From the NCBI RefSeq assembly GCF_964204645.1, contig NC_134029.1, positions 10,566,850-10,630,849 on the forward strand: a stretch of 64,000 bases of DNA, written 5' to 3'. Shown here piece after piece: positions 26,348 through 38,382 of the stretch (positions within the stretch are counted from its first letter, which is position 1; each line of letters begins with the position of its first letter). The stretch comes from Tubulanus polymorphus. Its lineage: Eukaryota; Animalia; Nemertea. The position numbers and the translations under genes were made by a program. The notes under the pieces were generated by a model. The model saw only the letters and a program-made list of their open reading frames with translations, was not told the origin of the DNA and made no database searches.

Positions 26348-26640
26348 TTTTGTTTGTTATTCGTTGTATCTGGACTTATCTCGGACTTCCATTTCTTGTT
26401 ATTCGTTACTCTTAGATACCATCTGTTTATTTTACTTTGATATAGTTTCATTTTGATTTATTTCTCTTTGATTTGTTTTAGTTTGTTGTTCCTTAATTAA
26501 TTAATTATCTACTCACTCACTTAGTTATTAATTTTCATGTGACTCATCATTTATTTGTAATTACTCTTCTCACTCAGTTCTCTGTAATTAGTGTCAGTCT
26601 ACCTATAAATACTGTTTTTTTTCCATTGACTATACTCATT

Positions 26641-26685
26641 CACCTGATGAAGCTTCTATTCATTAGAAGCGAAAGCTCATGCGTC
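26641..26685 (+). ncRNA. Minimal type I hammerhead-like motif in the Penelope 3' repeat
   Basis: CTGATGA-a-gcttcta/tagaagc (7-bp stem II)-GAAA-GCTC; palindromic AGCT stem III; stem I weak. Confidence 0.65.
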
Positions 26686-27064
26686 ATATAAATAGTTAAC
26701 CTATACAGTACTACTCGTCTCGTTACTTATTTCAAACCTGGTTAACACGGCTACTCTTCGAATAAACTTTATCAGGTCATTTCTACTGTCGGGTCTGATA
26801 TAGTAAATTATCATTGATCATGGTTTAAAAAAAGTAATTTACAAGGTAGATGTGGCCGGCTGTGTCAACTAGTAAGCTCAGCATTGAGTGGAGAGACAGG
26901 GTATCAATTTTTTAGCCTTAGGTCTTGGCTTTGTATCCTGAAAATCTGGACAGAGTTTGTATGGAACTTAGAATACTTTCTCATCTCCCGATACAGCTAG
27001 ATTTGATTTCAGCTTCAGCAACAAAAATATGAATATGACATCTGAGATGCATCTGATTTAACGA

Positions 27065-27259
27065 TGTGACGAGGTCCTATTCTGCCTGTTCTACAGTAGA
27101 AGTATCCTCCAAATATCGATTCCGAGAGCCCAAAAACCAGTAAAAAGGCGGACAAAAGATATTAACACAATAACCTATTGTTCTGTATTTTTCAAGAGAG
27201 AGAGGGCAGCACCCTCCAGTTACAACATAGAAGACGACTGATGGACATATTCCATCACA
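27065..27259 (-). repeat. Gypsy 3' LTR
   Basis: Direct repeat of 34676-34870, about 6 mismatches counted by eye. Confidence 0.95.
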
Positions 27260-27810
27260 CCACCCCCCTTCAACTTGTTCAAACTCCTATTTGAACAGGA
27301 ATGTATAGTCAAAATATCTACACAAATTTAAAAAAATTATAGTCCATTATATTCTACAATATAATATTTTACAATATTAAGCTCCAAACTTCTAGGCTCT
27401 GGATACAGCAGACATCTAACACGACACCTAACACTAGTAGTCGTTGTTTCGCATTCGGGTTGCATCTCAGTGATTAGGATATGTGCAGCTTTCGATCTCC
27501 ACTAATGGTTTGTGGTTCGTTTTCGGGGCGCACCTAAGTGTAGTGTCTAACCAAAAATATCTATACCATCAAAAGGTAGATACGGCCAATGGACACTGCA
27601 CTTGGCTTGCCCCTCTGCCACTGTTCCTCATCCTGGGAAGTTGAAAAATATAATCCAAAGAAAACGGAAAGAAACTGTTCACAATGGGGTGTGCTACATC
27701 TGGGGGGGGTCACGTGTGGTAGTATTCGGACTGAATGGCTTTTTGTCACTAACATTACAAAGAATAAGCGACTCCAGGTGAACCATCGTTAGGTACCGAA
27801 GGAAACACAT

Positions 27811-28640
27811 TCAGACACGATCTACCAACCGGATTATTTCCCAGCAGACATAGTGCATGGCTGACTTTTTGTAGTGGATCCCCACAAAATCAGAATCCGG
27901 AATATCTGGATGGTCGGCCTGTTGGAACCCGGCACGGAGGGCGAAGACGTTAACCCGGTTGATATTGTTTACCCGATTGTGGTCACCACGCCAGGAGGGA
28001 CAGGGGTCTGTAGATGGAAAAGGGGGACAGAAGGGTGCTTGCCCTTGAGTAGCACCATAACTTCCGCAAACTCCTCTGTCGTCCTGCCACAGTCGCTGGT
28101 ATGGTTCATACCATGCGTGACCACGATCGCTCTTGCCCTAAAGAATACATGTGGGAGGTACTCCAACAAATCACTGAGTCGTTCACCAGGGTGGCAAATG
28201 GGAATCAGACTGCCGCTGGCCTTTAGCCCCCTAAACATTGAGTCTCCCAGCAACACGGTTGGTAGGTCCGCGACTGCCCTCTGTTTCAAGTCTTTAAGTT
28301 TTGGCCAGAGGTGTGACGAGTCGCCACCACATTCGGCCAGGGCGTTCACTAGTGCCTGGCTGATGTACTCAAATGCTGCTGTGCTCATCTTCGGCCGAAA
28401 ACATCGGGTCTTTGTCGTCTTGAGACCGGTTACTACCGCACCAGTAACTATGCGACCAGGATCCTCCACAAACGACTGTTCTACGGCAGAGTTATAAAGT
28501 CTGCCCATCTTTGCTCTCAATTCGCTGAGGGTCTTGTCCTGTCTGTGAAGGGTGGAAAAAACTTCTTTCGAGACCTGCCGTTTAAGGTTCTGAGTCACCT
28601 TGTGGAGGCTAGATAACTGGTCTAACTCAATACAGTCCAT
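27811..28640 (-). pseudogene. Gypsy ORF3: coiled coil + SGNH/GDSL hydrolase domain, one frameshift near 27990
   Basis: VLLGDSMFRG (block I), CHPG (II), IVVTHGMN (III); after the frameshift RGDH...DSDFVGIHY (V), stop at 27811; tttctag acceptor just before the ATG. Confidence 0.78.
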
Positions 28641-29042
28641 ACTAGAAATGATAAATAGTTCAAAACATGAGTTTGCTGCAATGACAAAGCTAAATGGCGG
28701 GAATTTTATTCATTCAGATACCACCCGAATCATGCAAGGTGGATGGTCCCAAGCATACCATCAGGAGGAGCAAGGGGTCTGAAATCCTAGTCACCACCAG
28801 TTACAAATGATAATAACCTGTCTACTAAAACTAAGTAAATATATACAGGGTTATATACAAGGGTATCTATATGTATATATATATAGGATTTAACCCTTTG
28901 AATTAAGGTACTGGCCCATTTCTAACCAGTAGCCTTTCCTCACGTTAATCCGGGACCGAACTTCGCGACATTTCTGGCAATTTTGGATCAGTTCTATATC
29001 AAAAATGTTGCTCTGCTCAATCTTGTCCGAGGCAACCGGAGG

Positions 29043-32000
29043 TCATATAGCTGTGTTTGGATCCACCAAAGGGTCTGAGGCCCTATTTTGGTTGGCTAGC
29101 GAATCATCGTTGTTGACTGTACATGAGTTTACGAACCGACTAGGGCGCCTGATCCCTACTCTGGGCCTGAGTCTTCTGTGCCCCTCAGTGTTTAGTCTGC
29201 CTGTAATGTTCAAAGGCCCAGGCTTGGAGCGGTTTTGAGTAGGAGGCTCGCGATGGTCTTGGGAAGGGCCTGTTACAAGAGGTTCTTGAATAACTGCCGT
29301 TGTCTCGGGCTGTGACCGTGTCCAGATACAGTCTTCATCTTCCTCCCCCTCGTCATCGTTGAGGGTTGGTTGTTCCTCGGGATCGGTCGTTTTAACCGGT
29401 TCCTGTCTAGGTTTATTATGACCTATGGTCACGGTCTCACTAGACAGGAAGCACGGTTTCATATCATTGAAGTGCACAACCTGCTTTCTCTTCACCACCC
29501 TCGGATCGGCGCCTGGTTCCAGGACAACCCTGTAATTCACCTCCAATAGCCTCTCGGTCACGAGGTAAGGCCCTTTCCATTTCCGGTGGAACTTAGATGC
29601 CTCGTCCTTTTTCAAGACGCGATCCCCGACCTTGTAACCCCCACGTTTTGCGAAACGGTCATAGTCCATTTTCTGACGCCTTTGTGCCGATCACTAGTCG
29701 ATCACGAACAATGTTGTGTGACTTAGTGAGGCGGTCAAAGAGGTCCATGCCATACTTAGTCCTTGGTTGGTGGTCCTCGGGCAAGCCAACGATGTCGATT
29801 GGTAGTGACATTTCCTCGGCGTACATCAAGTAGAACACTGTTTCAAGAGTGGAGTGCTGGACGCTTGAACGAAATGCCATCAAACACGCAGGTAGTTCTT
29901 CATCCCAGTTCGTTCCACACTCATTGACGGCTGTAGTCAGCATGGCTTTCAGGGACTTATTGAAATTTTCCATGTGCCCATTGCCCATAGGATGGTAGGC
30001 AGTGGTTCTGGTCTTTTCAATAGCCAAGATCCTACACATCTCCATGAAGACTTTCGACTCAAAGTTCACGCCTTTGTCCGAGTGGATGGATTCAGGGCAG
30101 CCATAACGGGTGACCCACTCGTTCACAAGGGCAAGTACCACCACGGAGGCCTTTTCCGTGCGAATTGGCCATGCTTCGGGCCACTTAGTGAATGCATCTT
30201 GAGCGACTAGAATGTAGACGTCGCGGCGGGTTCTCAGTAATGGGCCCACAATGTCTACATGTACACGCTGGAAGTGTCGCCCTACCGGTGTAGACATCAT
30301 TGGGGCCTTTGGTAGTTTGGACGGGGACTTGCACTCTTGGCAAGTTTTGCAGCCCCGGACAAAATCTCTGACCCTAGCTGAGAGGCCTAATACCCAGAAT
30401 CTTTCCCTAATTTTACACTCTGTCTTTTTGGTACCGAGATGTTTCCCCGCAAATCCCTGATTTATGACTCCTATGGTTCCATCAGTCAGTAAAACAGGTA
30501 CTACCACTCTGTGTCTCGTTGAGGTAGCCCCCGGAAGTGGTTTAAGTGCAATAATGCCATCTAAAAGCTCTAAACGCTCAACCAGGCTATAGAGGCTCCT
30601 CGCTGTTCTACCACACCGTTGTAGCCGTTTCCTGTCCTTGGCCCCATCTCCGGCCAAGAACTCCCTAATTTCTAATATTTCGGGGCCATTTACTTGCGCC
30701 TCGATTATCTTGTTCCTGGACATACCAGTGGAGTGCGCTGTCAAATCGCCTTGATGTTTTGCAGTCACCTGGTGTATAGATGGACCAGTGTCACCAAAAG
30801 TTGGGCAGTCCCCATGTTTCCTCTGTCTCTTAGGGATGCGAGACTGGGCGTCTGCATTCAAATGTTTGCTTCCAGCTCGATGTTTGATCACGAAATCATA
30901 TTCCGACAGGCGTTCAAGCCACTGAGCCACTTGACCCTGAGGGTTTTTGAAGGTTTGTAGCCACTTGAGTGCTGTGTGGTCTGTGGGAACTTTGAATTTC
31001 TTGCCTAGTAAATGGTGGCGGAAGTGATCAATCAAGTCAACCAAAGCCAACATTTCGCACCTGGTGGCACAGTAGTTCTCCTCTCCACCTTTCAGCGTGC
31101 GGCTACTGTACTCGATCACTCTCAGAACCATTGCGTTGTAGCTGTGACAGCACCCCTCCGATAGCCCAGTTAGAGGCGTCACAGTCCAAAATGAACTCTC
31201 CAGCGCCCTCCGAGAAATCTGGTAATGCCAGGATAGGGGAGCTGGTCAGCTTTTCTTTCAGTCCGTCAAAAGCTAGTTGTTGCTTGGATGTCCAGACGAA
31301 TGGTTCATTTTTCCTCGTAAGACGGCGTAGCTGGACTGTCAAGTCGGCGAAATCCTTGATGAATTGCGAGCAATATGTCACAAGACCAAGGAAACTACGC
31401 AGTTCGGTAACTGACGTTGGGGTCGGCCAATCTCTGACTCTATCCCATTTGGCACTGTCGGTTTCGACACCGGCCTCGCTTACTACATGCCCCAAAAACT
31501 TGAGGCGCTGCTGGAAAAGCGAGCATTTTCTCGGTTTAAGCTTGAGACCGGCTTTCTGAAAGCAATGAAATACCTCTTGTAATCGCGTCAGATGGGTTGG
31601 TAGATCATGACTAAACACCACTACATCATCCAGGTAGATAAGGCATGTTTTCCATGCAACATCATCCAGTATCATCGCCATCAGTCTGCAGACTCCAAAC
31701 GGCATGACATTCCACTCAAATAGATGGTTTTCAGTCATGAATGCGGTCTTATGTTTGTCTGATTCCTTTGTCGGGACCTGCCAGTATCCGCTGGTCAAAT
31801 CATGGGACGAGAACCAGGTTGTGCCCGATAAAGCCTCTAGGGTACTGTCTATTCTACCTAACGGGTGAGTGCTTTGACTGTCGCGTCATTGAGTCGGCGG
31901 TAATCGCAGCATAGGTGCAGGGAACCATCCGCCTTTTTCGCTAGAACTATTGGGCTTGACAACGGGCTGGTGGATGGCCGGATCAAGTCGTGTTATAAAA

Positions 32001-33199
32001 GCTCCATGGTCGTCCCCTCAACAAAAGCTCTCCTACCAGGGGGTAGTCGACGGGGATGTTGTTTTATCGGTGGGTGGTCACCGGTGTCAATCTCGAATTC
32101 AAGCGAATCTGTTCGACAGATGTCAAAGTCTCCCATGGAGAATACTGACTTGTGCTCCCGTATGAAGTCAACAAGCTGTGTTTTCATGTCAGTGGGGATT
32201 TCAAGCTGGTCGATTTTCAATTCTTTCAACTTTTGGAGTTGACGGGTTTTGAGCATGGTCGTCGACAGTCATAATGTCAACTGACTGTAGGGGGCAGAAT
32301 AGACCAATAGTCTGGCCCCTGTCGACTCTACAAGCCTCATCCGAGAAGTTAGCTAGCCGAACCGGTATCTGGTTTGCCTCCGGTACCATCAGCGTATTCC
32401 CAGTGCAGAAATTATTACGTCCACAGCTGCTGATCATCCCGGAGGTCGAATGATTATGAGCATAACTCCGTTTCATGTATCCATTTACCACCACCTCAGA
32501 TCCAGCTGGAATGATTTGGCTCTTACTGATGAACACCCTGCAAGCACTCGCGCGTTTGGGGCTCTGGCGGACAGGCACCTCGCTGAGGCTTCCGAAGCGG
32601 AGCACTTTGTTACAGTAATCTATGTAGCAGCCATATTTCTCGAAGAAATCACTTCTGAGTAAGCAGTCTTGGGCCAAATCCTCGCTGACGATCATGGGGA
32701 CATGAAATTCTTCAGTTCCAACTCTCAGACATACCTCAGCTAACCCACGTAACTCCATTGGCTGACCGGTAGCTGTTGTCACGATTCCTTCGATTGGCCT
32801 CAGTGCAGCGGCTTCACCCGTCGGGCTACTAGAGTCCCATACTGAACCTCTAATGATGGTGCAGGAGGCACCAGTTTCCAGGAGTACCACCACTTTCGAT
32901 CGGTCATTTACTACAGCATCACAGAAAAGGCCCGAGGGGTGGAGCCTCACTGTTCTGATGTTTGTAACTAAGCTCGTCTGGGCTGGTTCCGTTCCTGTTG
33001 GTTGAACCATGGTGTCGCACAACTTGTGACAAGTGTTTTCCGTAGCCAGACTGGGAGCCTCACTGTTCTCCGAAGGGTCACGTCGATTTTCTTCTATACT
33101 TTGGGTATGTTGTGGTGGCCTAACAGTGATGGTTCTAGTAGGATGCGGACCATCAGTAGGTGTATCTCCACTAGATTCACATGCCGGGCCAGCAACCAC
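29043..33199 (-). pseudogene. Gypsy pol (protease, RT, RNase H, integrase), frameshifted
   Basis: LLETGAS (DTG mutated), SGYWQV, MPFG, YLDD, DCDAS..IGGVLSQ, HLG...C..C, DIVGP, HSDKG..F, WKGPY. Confidence 0.95.
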
Positions 33200-33405
33200 A
33201 TATCCATCTTGGATGTCGTTTGCATATGGTTTGATGGTCTCAATATCATTTGAATATGGTTTGATGGTCTTACGGTGGTGGGGCTAGTATGATGGGAACC
33301 ATCAATAGGTGCATCTCTACTTGCATCACGCGTTAGGCCTTTTGCCATATTCATCCGATTTTTCCTACGTCTTGCGGGGGGGTATATACAGCAGTACAGG
33401 GGGGA

Positions 33406-34502
33406 CTATTTTCTGATGGGGTTTCCATTGCCCCCCTGAAAACCCCGCTTCTCGTTTCCCTGGTTTCCCTTTGGTAGGTGGCAGTTACGTGAATAGTGAC
33501 CACTCCCCCCGCAATTATAGCATTTAACTTGTGGGCACAAGTTTTTGGGGTGGTCAGCATCCGTGCAACGCCAACATTTGTCATCAGCAGGCGGTCGACG
33601 ATTGCCATTACCAGAGACAACTGCTTCCAAATGGCCTACTCGAGTCATCAGCGTTCCCATCATCGATTTCAATTCGTTGAGTTGTTTGGCTATGGCTGAG
33701 CTAGTCGAGTCGAGCTGGGTCTGGTTAACGGATACTTTTTGTTTATGAGTCGTGCCCTCAGTCAACCATCTCGCTGTTTCCAGAGTCCGTGCTTGAGTGA
33801 CTGCTGCAGCCAGCGAAATTGGCTGGGCCGCATACATTGACTGCTTCGCTGAGACGGGTGGGCTATTACATTTAAGAAATTGGTCTTTGGCCAATTAATC
33901 CTGTAGCTCGAAGGCAATGCCAGGGTACGCGTTCCTTGCCAGTTCTGCTAACTCGTCGGCATAGCGTTCCACAGATTCTTTTGTCTTTTGGTCCCTCCCT
34001 TTCAACAACATCTTAAAGTCATCCACAGTCTTTGTTTGTCGGAAACGGGATGATAGCCGCCGACAGAAATCATCATATAACAGGCTCGAGTCGAGACGTA
34101 GGTTCGAGACAGCCTGGTATGCCTCATGGTCAAGTCGCATCATCAGGTGTGATTTATGCTGTTCACCCCCGTTAATGCGAGTTGACTAATCTGAGCCAGG
34201 TCAGCGAACGCGTCAAACCTTTCGAGCCAAACGCGGAAATTGTGTCCCATGGTATAGGGCTTGGGCGCCGGAATATTGTGCATTTTTGGGGTGGGTGCAT
34301 CTCTCGTCACGACCCTCTCCATCACTTCAGTCAGTCGCTGGAGGATGGAATCCTCAGATGTTTTTAAATTTTCAGCTTTCGTCTTCGTTGGGCAGCCACG
34401 TTTTGGTTTTGACGAGAGGTTACCCTCCCCACTAACCAGGAGGTCATGATGTGCAGCTCCGGCCGTTGGTGACATAGGACTAGATAAGGCCAAGGACCGC
34501 AA
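33406..34502 (-). pseudogene. Gypsy gag with two CCHC zinc knuckles
   Basis: WLERFDAFA, RDQKTKESVERYADEL, CWRCTDADHPKNLC, CYNCGGSGHYSRNC. Confidence 0.9.
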
Positions 34503-34675
34503 ATAAATTTAGGGGAGACAGGCACTTACAAAATACTAAATATGAACTAGGAATTACGAAGTAGGTAAAAAAGTACATAAAGTACACACAAAACCGTAAT
34601 TTACACAGACTAAACAGAGAAAACTCAATTTCAACTGGTTTTTTCACAATCAAATCCCACTACGCTGCCACCAGA

Positions 34676-34870
34676 TGTAACAAGGTCCTATTCTGCCTGT
34701 TCTACAGTAGAAGTATCCTCCAAATATCGATTCTGAGAGCCAAAAAACCAGTAAAAAGGCGGACAAAAGATATTAACACAATCACCTATTGTTCTGTATT
34801 TTTCAAGAGAGAGAGGGCAGCACCCTCCAGTTACAACATAGAAGACAACTGATGGACATATTCCATCACA
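34676..34870 (-). repeat. Gypsy 5' LTR
   Basis: Adjacent to the PBS; direct repeat of 27065-27259. Confidence 0.95.
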
Positions 34871-35505
34871 CTGAAACCTTATAATTTATTAGGAGGCTTA
34901 TTATTTATAATGATTATATGTAATCCATTTCAAAATCTATTAGGCCTACTTTAAATGGGTTACGTATTAACCTTCTCTTCCTTTTATAAACAACTGTTTG
35001 TCATTTAAAATCTAATTACCTTATACTTTCATAACATGCATTTCCTTTTATGTCAAGTATAAACTGATAGAGCCCCTTACTAAACCAATGTATGGTCTAG
35101 TATGGTGGATATGATTAACTCTTTCAATTCACTAACTTCTGCGCTGAATCTAACAGTGCCCATGGGTACCTTGTTTATGATTATGATGAATGAAGACTAT
35201 GCTTTAGAATCTTCACCCTGCTGAACAGGAAAAACATCTTATTCTATCAAATATGAATTTTTATTTAACTATGATTGACATCGATCGGGCCGCCATAATT
35301 ATTTTCATGCCATACATGTTGCATGTAAACATGAAGGCTTCTAAGCTCATTGTTTTTCTTCCTAATTATCTCAGATGTGCACGCTCTAATAAATACTGCT
35401 GGAGTATCTTTTTTTTTTTTGTTAACTTTACCTAATTTTTTTTCGCTGATTTTAATGACACTGCTGGTTATGAGAAACAAGGAGGTACCTCTTTAATCCT
35501 AACAC

Positions 35506-36515
35506 AACAAGGCAATTCGATACTACGTATCTATGTCCCCGCGATAGCCAGTAGGGAATGAATGACCCCTGAAGACACTGATCTTTGGTATAGAAAATGA
35601 TGAAAAGTGTTTACAAGGTTTCATATGAATGATATCTAGTGACCTTGACCTTTTTCCCCAAAATCAATAGGGCACATCCTCTCCCTAGGGGTAATCATGC
35701 GATGAAATATCATTGTTTTGCTATCAACAGTTCTTTCTGAATCACATTCACGACACAAGGTTTGACATGAATGACCTGGAGTGACCTTGACCTTTGATCC
35801 TTGGAGCCCAGATTCAATAGGGCACATCCTCTCCCTACGGGTAATCATACTACGTAATATCATGGTCCTGCTATCGACGGTTCTTGAATCATGTTCACAA
35901 GGTTTCACATGAATTACCTTGACCTTTGATCCTTGGAGCCCAGATTCAATAGGGCACATCCTCTCCCTAGGGGTAATCATACTACGTAATATCATGGTCC
36001 TGCTATCAATGGTTCGTCTTGAATGTTGTTCACAAGCTTTCACATGAATGACCTGTAGTGACCTTTACCTTGGGTCCTTGGACCCCAAAATCAATCGGGC
36101 ACATCCTCTCCCTAGGGGTAATCATACTACGTAATATCATGGTCCTGCTATCGACGGTTCTTCTTGAATCACATTCACAAGGTTTTACATGAATGACCTG
36201 TAGTGACCTTGACCTTTGATCCTTGGACCCCAGAATCAATAGGGCACATCCCCACCCTAACAGTAATCATACTACGTAATATCATGGTCCTGCTATCATC
36301 AGTTCTTCTTGAATGACGTTCACAAGGTTTCACATGAATGACCTGTAGTGACCTTGACCTTTGTTCCTTGGACCCCAAAATCAATAGGGCACATCCTCTC
36401 CCTAGGGGTAATCAAACTGTGTAATATCATAGTCCTGCGATCAACGGTTCTTCTTGAATCGCGTTCACAAGCTCATGCGGACGGACACAGGCGGATACCA
36501 TGCGGGGGACAAAAA
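35506..36515 (-). mobile_element. HINE/DINE-like element with ~120-bp tandem array (intact copy)
   Basis: Reverse complement of the 16640-22431 element without the hAT; begins aacaaggc and ends with a ggac repeat and A-run. Confidence 0.82.
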
Positions 36516-36673
36516 TCAATACAGTTCTTAAGCAATATATGATACACATGTTAAAAATGAGCACTCCACTTCAAAAAGTGCACCGTAGGATGAGAACGAA
36601 TATACCAGGCAATTACAGCTGAGGGGTTTTGAAGTGGCTCTTCTCTAACTTTGTTCTGTTTAATTAATTTTAG

Positions 36674-36791
36674 GCATCATTGCCAGGGATTCTGCTTTCT
36701 TGCCCTATATCAGAGAATACATCACAGAAGAGGTTGTTGAAGAATTCTTCTCACATTTGTTTAACAAGACAGGAGAAAAAGCTGTGCACAG
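36674..36791 (+). CDS. atuA: AtuA/DUF1446-family protein, penultimate exon
   Basis: ttttag|(G)IIARDSAFLPYIREYITEEVVEEFFSHLFNKTGEKAVH(R)|gttagt. Confidence 0.92.
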
Positions 36792-36899
36792 GTTAGTTAT
36801 TTCCAATGACTTTTTACAGGTTTCCGTCGAGCAATGAATTTGATGGACCGTTCATAATGGTTTGCAAAATATCGAAAAAGTATTGATTTATTTTTGCAG

Positions 36900-37080
36900 A
36901 TATGAATGGCCAGGAATTGATGGATTCAACTTTGTTTTGTCGGATGTACTTGGAGGGGGTGGTGTGGCATCACTACGCTCTGACCCTCAGGGAAAAGCAT
37001 TCGCACAATTGCTGCTTGATTATGAACTGAGGAATATGCCAAACTTGTTAGAATTAAGGAAAGATTCGCGTGCAGGCTAA
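36900..37080 (+). CDS. atuA: AtuA/DUF1446-family protein, last coding exon
   Basis: ttgcag|YEWPGIDGFNFVLSDVLGGGGVASLRSDPQGKAFAQLLLD...stop; canonical AtuA C-terminus. Confidence 0.93.
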
Positions 37081-37283
37081 ATATTTCAACAAGTTCTTCA
37101 AAGGCTGATATGCCTTTAAAGTCAGAAACAGTTTACGGCGGACTCCACTTGCCCTCAGAACGGCGAGGCAAACACTAGGGCTAAATAATGAAGCGTATGG
37201 TTTCACCACACAGGAAAACTTTGTATTTCTTAAATTGTATTGTATGTATTGACATTTTCATCACATTTACAAAATGATATTAA

Positions 37284-37418
37284 CCCTTCCAGTGCTGACT
37301 AATTAATACCCCATAGTGCTGGAGATAATTTGAAAATTTTGAAAAATTCCACCCTAGTGTGTTGAATAACAGGATTACCTCTGTAGTGCGTCTACACCGT
37401 GTAGACGCACTGAAAGGA
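37284..37418. mobile_element. piggyBac-type MITE, internally deleted relative of 210-482
   Basis: TTAA flanks; same TIRs and internal cccaccctagtgtgttgaataac sequence, opposite orientation. Confidence 0.78.
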
Positions 37419-38382
37419 TTAACCAGCCACATTTATGAAATACTCTTGTATTGTTTTTAATATACCATAGACTCGGCCCTAAAACTGTCATACATGTATA
37501 TTTAATGTTAGATGAACTTTATTGATGATGTAAAAATTCTTTAGTTTCCCAATCCCTAAGTTGGTATTCGGTTAACTCGGTAAAAATTTTATGGTCCGAA
37601 TAGAACAGAGTTTTAGGAGTCGTCTGTAGATTGTTTATGTGCTGCTGTCAATTGAACTTGTCCCTGTAATTGAACTTAAGCTGCATTCAACGGCTGAAAA
37701 TCTAGCCATAGAACTGAAATAAATGAACTGGTTTGAGCATAAGAACCATTGGGTTCACAACAACATTTTAACACTTTGAAAGTAAACGATAAGCGATTTT
37801 TCATTTGATGCAAATAGTACTCTTTTACTGACAGTTGCAAAATTTATAACGAAAAATCATAAATTGTAGTTTTAATTTCTAGCATCATCTTTTTGTGATT
37901 TGTGTGTTCATTTTTGGTTTACCTTTGTTAGCGATTGTGGAGTTGGCATTGAGCCAATTACATAAAATCGCGGTACAATTTTTAATGCGAGTATTTGTTT
38001 CCGGTTCTCGGTCTAAACGACGTATAATTGATGCAATTGAATACATGCGAAACATCCAAGACATGCGAAACATCCGTCGATGACATAGTCAACTTCGTTA
38101 AATTCTCCAAAAAACGGTTTTTTGGCGGTAAAATTCTTACCTCTTGCATATAAAACTGCAATGACCTAGATTGGGGGCCTCGTGACATGTGAATGTGATA
38201 AGCTGTTTTTGGGATATACGGGAAATTTTGGGAATTCCGGCGATATTGACGTGATTATGGGAAATCCACAAAATGGCGATCGTTTCATTGGACTAGGTAC
38301 CGTACTCGTGCAAATTCAAAATGCTCAGCTGGTGAGAATATATTTCTATACGTCGTTGTTATTGTTTCATTTAATACCCATA

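Larger units (their letters stand above)
24355..26765 (+). mobile_element. Penelope-like retroelement (Neptune-type), 5'-truncated
   Basis: RT + GIY-YIG ORF, then a T-rich 3' region with TATAAATA, a hammerhead motif and a taacacggctac end. 5' boundary approximate. Confidence 0.9.
27065..34870 (-). mobile_element. Full-length Ty3/Gypsy LTR retrotransposon, decayed, with an extra 3' ORF
   Basis: 195-bp TG...CA LTRs; PBS tggtggcagcg (tRNA-Leu-like) at ~34655-34673; PPT aaggggggtgg at 27260-27270; gag-PR-RT-RH-IN order. Confidence 0.95.

Noticed and set aside
27874-28497. 207-aa plus-strand ORF and other antisense ORFs across the Gypsy, DIRS and Penelope elements
   Set aside because: They are shadow frames of motif-bearing ORFs on the other strand or frame.
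7814-37080. AtuA as bacterial contamination
   Set aside because: It is split by phase-consistent spliceosomal introns filled with animal transposons.
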